Of a DNA stretch of 64,000 nt, positions 60,679 to 64,000 are shown piece after piece. Source of the stretch: Octopus sinensis (Eukaryota); NCBI RefSeq assembly GCF_006345805.1, contig NW_021832396.1:1-64000 (forward strand). Reading direction: 5' to 3'. Both the position numbers and the translations under genes were made by a program. Under the pieces are notes generated by a model. It was not told the DNA's origin, made no database searches, and was given only the letters and a program-made list of their open reading frames with translations. Numbering within the stretch: the stretch's first letter is position 1; each line of letters starts with the position of its first letter.

Positions 60679-61949
60679 GCTTTAATGTTTTTTTGTGTTT
60701 TTGATAATGAACAATAAAGGCCAAAGGGTTTACTTACCTTTAGAGGTGCAGAAGTTTTTCGGCGGGTTTCAAATTGTCCAACGTCTCAACGGAAAAAACT
60801 GGGAGAATGATTAAAGAGCGAATCAGGGGACGTAAATAAGGGAGAACGAACTCGAGTGAGTATGAGTGAGGCTAAAAGGAAAACTTTGTGGATTCTGGGT
60901 GTGGCAGAATAACGAGGATCTTTAGATATTTCTCTGCTGTTAGGAAGGGCTAAAAAAGGTACGATGATTTTAGGCGGGATCCTTCACGGCAGAATAGTTT
61001 GCGCGCCTGGCGAAATGCTTTGTGGTATTTCGTCTGCCGCTACGTTCTGAGTTCAAATTCCGCCGAGGTCAACTTTGCCTTTCATCCTTTCGGGGTCGAT
61101 TAAATAAGTACCAGTTGCGCACTGGAGTCGATATAATCGACTTAATCCGTCTGTTTGTCCTCTTTGTGTTTAGCCCCTTGTGGGTAGTAAAGAAATAGGT
61201 ATTTCGTCCGTCTTTATGTTCTGAGTTCAAATTCCGTCGAGGTCGACTTTGCCTTTCATCCTTTCGGGGTCGATTAAATAAGTACCGGTTACGCACTGGA
61301 GTAGATATAATCGACTTAATCCGTGTGTCTGTCCTTGTTTGTCTCCTCTGTGTTTAGCCCCTTGTGGGTAGTAAAGAAATAGATTTCATTAGTCTGATAC
61401 ATGTTAGTAAAGATTTTTCTTCAGAGATAAAACGGATTTCAAAAGACCAACTGAAATGAAAGTTTTCTCTCCTTTAGCACAAGCACCTGGGGAAACATAA
61501 GGGCACCGCCCAACCATTTCGCCTGACCCACTTTTGAGGAGGAAGTAAAACTGAAGACAACTCCAACTAAGGCCATCATACCATCATCCGCCATGCCAGG
61601 TGACCAATACCCCAGATCGTTCCATTCCCGACCTGGTCTTCTGATCCATGTCAGGTTTAAGCATCATAGGGGCACCGGATGAACGGAACCCGGACACGAG
61701 TGGTGCCGACGACGATCTTATCTCAGGAAACATGGTTATGGTACAATATAAAGATCTGTGGATAGCCCTGTTGAGGGTTGTTAGGGTTTGATCCTTCTTC
61801 AGACGTCCTGGAAGCATTAGATGTCCTTCTAGAAGAGGAGCTCATTCCGGCGGTGAAGGCTGGGGTTGCTTTCTTGCTAATGAAGCGGACCTCTGCACTT
61901 CTGAAGTTGGGTTGCGACCGATCCTTAACGAATGACGACGGAAGAATGT

Positions 61950-62880
61950 ATAGTGAAGGGGAGGGTGATAGTTATAGATGTATTATAAAAGGGGGAGGAG
62001 GTTTTGGTAGTAGAGAGAGGAAAAGAGGACGAAGATGTAGTGTGAAAGAGAGAGAGAGAGGATGAGAGTAAAAACATAATGGGAGTGGTAGTAATAGATG
62101 TACTGTAACAGGAGGAGGAGGTTTTGGTAGTAGGGAGAGAAAAGGAGGACGAAGATGTAGTGTGAAAGAGGGAGGGAGGAAGAGAGTAAAAACATGATGG
62201 GAGTGGTAGTAATAGATGTACTGTAAGAGGAGGAGGAGGTTTTAGTGGAGCGAGAGAGAGAAAGAGTAATGTGACAGCGAGACAGGAAGAGAGTAGCAGT
62301 TTATGGGAGTGAGAGTAATAGATGTACATTAACAGGAGGAGGTGGTTTCAGTCGAGGGAGGGGGAAAGGACGAAGGAATAAGGTGGATTGTGAGAGTATG
62401 AGGGTAGGAGTGGCAGTATTAGAGAGTTATAGGAAGAGGGAGTCATTGTGATTGGGTGACGTACTAATAAGTGTTATTGTGAAAGGGGGAGGAAGGTATT
62501 AGTGGGAGAGAAGGACTGGCGAAATAGTCAGAGAGATGAGAGAGGAAATAAGAATTTATGAAAGTAGAGAGAGAGTGTGTCGGGAAGTGGACGACGCTGT
62601 AAGAAATAGGAGGGAGAGAGAGATATTAAGGGAGTGGTAGTAATAGGTGTACTGGGAAAGAGAGAGGAAGGTACGATGTGTGAGGGAGAGAAAAGAAGAA
62701 AGGGAAGGCGTAGTATGAGAGAGTTGAATAAGAGAGAGAGAGAGAGATATTGTAAGAGAGTGACGGGAAAGGAAGACAACGTGAAAGAGGAACAGTATGA
62801 GGTAATAATTGTGAGTGTTAGAGAGGAAGACACTGTGAGAGAGAGATACGGAGGTCGAGGAAGACACTATAAGAGATTTA
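61950..62880. repeat. Purine-rich degenerate tandem repeat (~120-bp period) decaying rightwards
   Basis: GGAGGAGGTTTTGGTAGTAG...GGGAGTGGTAGTAATAGATGTACTGTAA recurs at ~61995, ~62115 and ~62235. Confidence 0.75.
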
Positions 62881-62885
62881 AAGGG

Positions 62886-63792
62886 GGATCTTTTCGGTTT
62901 GACCGGCAGTTTTTTCTAGCGGTGTCATATGAAATTGTCACCCATAATCATGACCCTAGTATCGATCTATTGCATTTCAATCTGTTTTAGGGTTAGGGGT
63001 GGTGGAAGGGTATCTTTTTTTCTTCACAAATGTAAATAAACCCAATCTGTTTTTTAAACGAGGGACATATTCATACGGCACAGAATGTTTTTTTACCTCA
63101 ATAGACGTCATTGATTGGTTGAAATTGCAGAAATTGAAGAAAAATAACCACAAATGGATCTTTTCGGTTTGACCGGCAGGTTTTTCTAGCGGTGTCATAT
63201 GAAATTGTCACCCATAATTAAGACCCTAGTTTCGATCTATTGCATTTCAATCTGTTTTAGGGTTAGGGTGTGGCGAAGGGTATCTTTTTTTCTTCACAAA
63301 TGTAAATAAACCCAATCTGTTTTTTAAACGAGGGACATATTCATACGGCACAGAAAGTTGTTTTTTTTTACCTCAATAGACGTCATTGATTGGTTGAAAT
63401 TGCAGAAATTGAAGAAAAATAACCACAAATGGATCTTTTCGGTTTGAACAGCAGGTTTTTCTAGCGGTGTCATATGAAATTGTCACCCATAATTAAGACC
63501 CTAGTTTCGATCTATTGCATTTCAATCTGTTTTAGGGTTAGGGTGTGGCGAAGGGTATCTTTTTTTCTTCACAAATGTAAATAAACCCAATCTGTTTCTT
63601 AAACGAGGGACATATTCATACGGCACAGAAACTTTTTTTTTTTTTTTTTTTTACCTCAATAGACGTCATTGATTGGTTGAAATTGCAGAAATTGAAGAAA
63701 AAAAACCAACAAATATCTTACAAACCACAGAATTTTCTCAATAAAGCCAAGAGAAAAAGATATTTTATAAACACATTCTACCAGTATACGAG
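62886..63792. repeat. Head-to-tail tandem of three GGATC-MITE left portions
   Basis: TIR starts at 62886, 63156 and 63431 (periods 270 and 275). The third copy extends further but lacks the right TIR. Confidence 0.88.
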
Positions 63793-64000
63793 TAAGATAA
63801 TTGCATAGAATAAAAGTAAAAAATCCATCGTCTCACAATCAAGATGAACCAAAATTATAAACACTCATCAAATTTTTATTTTTCTAAATTCAAAAATTAC
63901 AAAAAGAAAGAAAAGCGAGAGTAAAACCACTTGAGTAGGAAATAAAACAAAGGGTGAAACAGGATTTATCAAATTCTCAAAAGCCATGTAATCAAAACAA

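Overview
AT-rich, intron-containing eukaryotic DNA dominated by microsatellites and transposon debris. The SINE families and the (AT)n/(GT)n/(AAT)n load look like an octopus-type cephalopod genome; this is inferred from repeat style, not tested. The one host gene I can assemble is absent from the ORF track as a unit. It is a + strand, phase-1-spliced, single-pass receptor: join(21764..21809, 22593..22631, 24695..24943, 26298..26354, 28814..29062, 29453..29655), about 280 aa. It comprises a signal peptide, two ~95%-identical atypical Ig-like domains (canonical Cys pair absent, four non-canonical Cys), a stalk, a TM helix and a short tail. Two more paralogous TM/tail exons follow it: 30738..31080, with an NGS-repeat stalk and a 1-nt frameshift, and a SINE-disrupted pseudo-exon near 32.1-32.7 kb. 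A fourth, orphan TM exon at 1.6-1.8 kb implies a neighbouring paralog to the left of the window. The rest is mobile DNA: R4/Dong-type RLE retrotransposons in (AAT)n tracts, RTE and CR1-like LINE ends, three tRNA-SINE families, mariner/Tc1, Merlin, Gypsy and gag-like remnants, GGATC-ended MITEs and a Helitron-like element. There is also a shuffled duplication patchwork (34.7-43.2 kb) and several tandem arrays, most apparently amplified from inside transposons. No rRNA, intact tRNA gene or CRISPR array was found.
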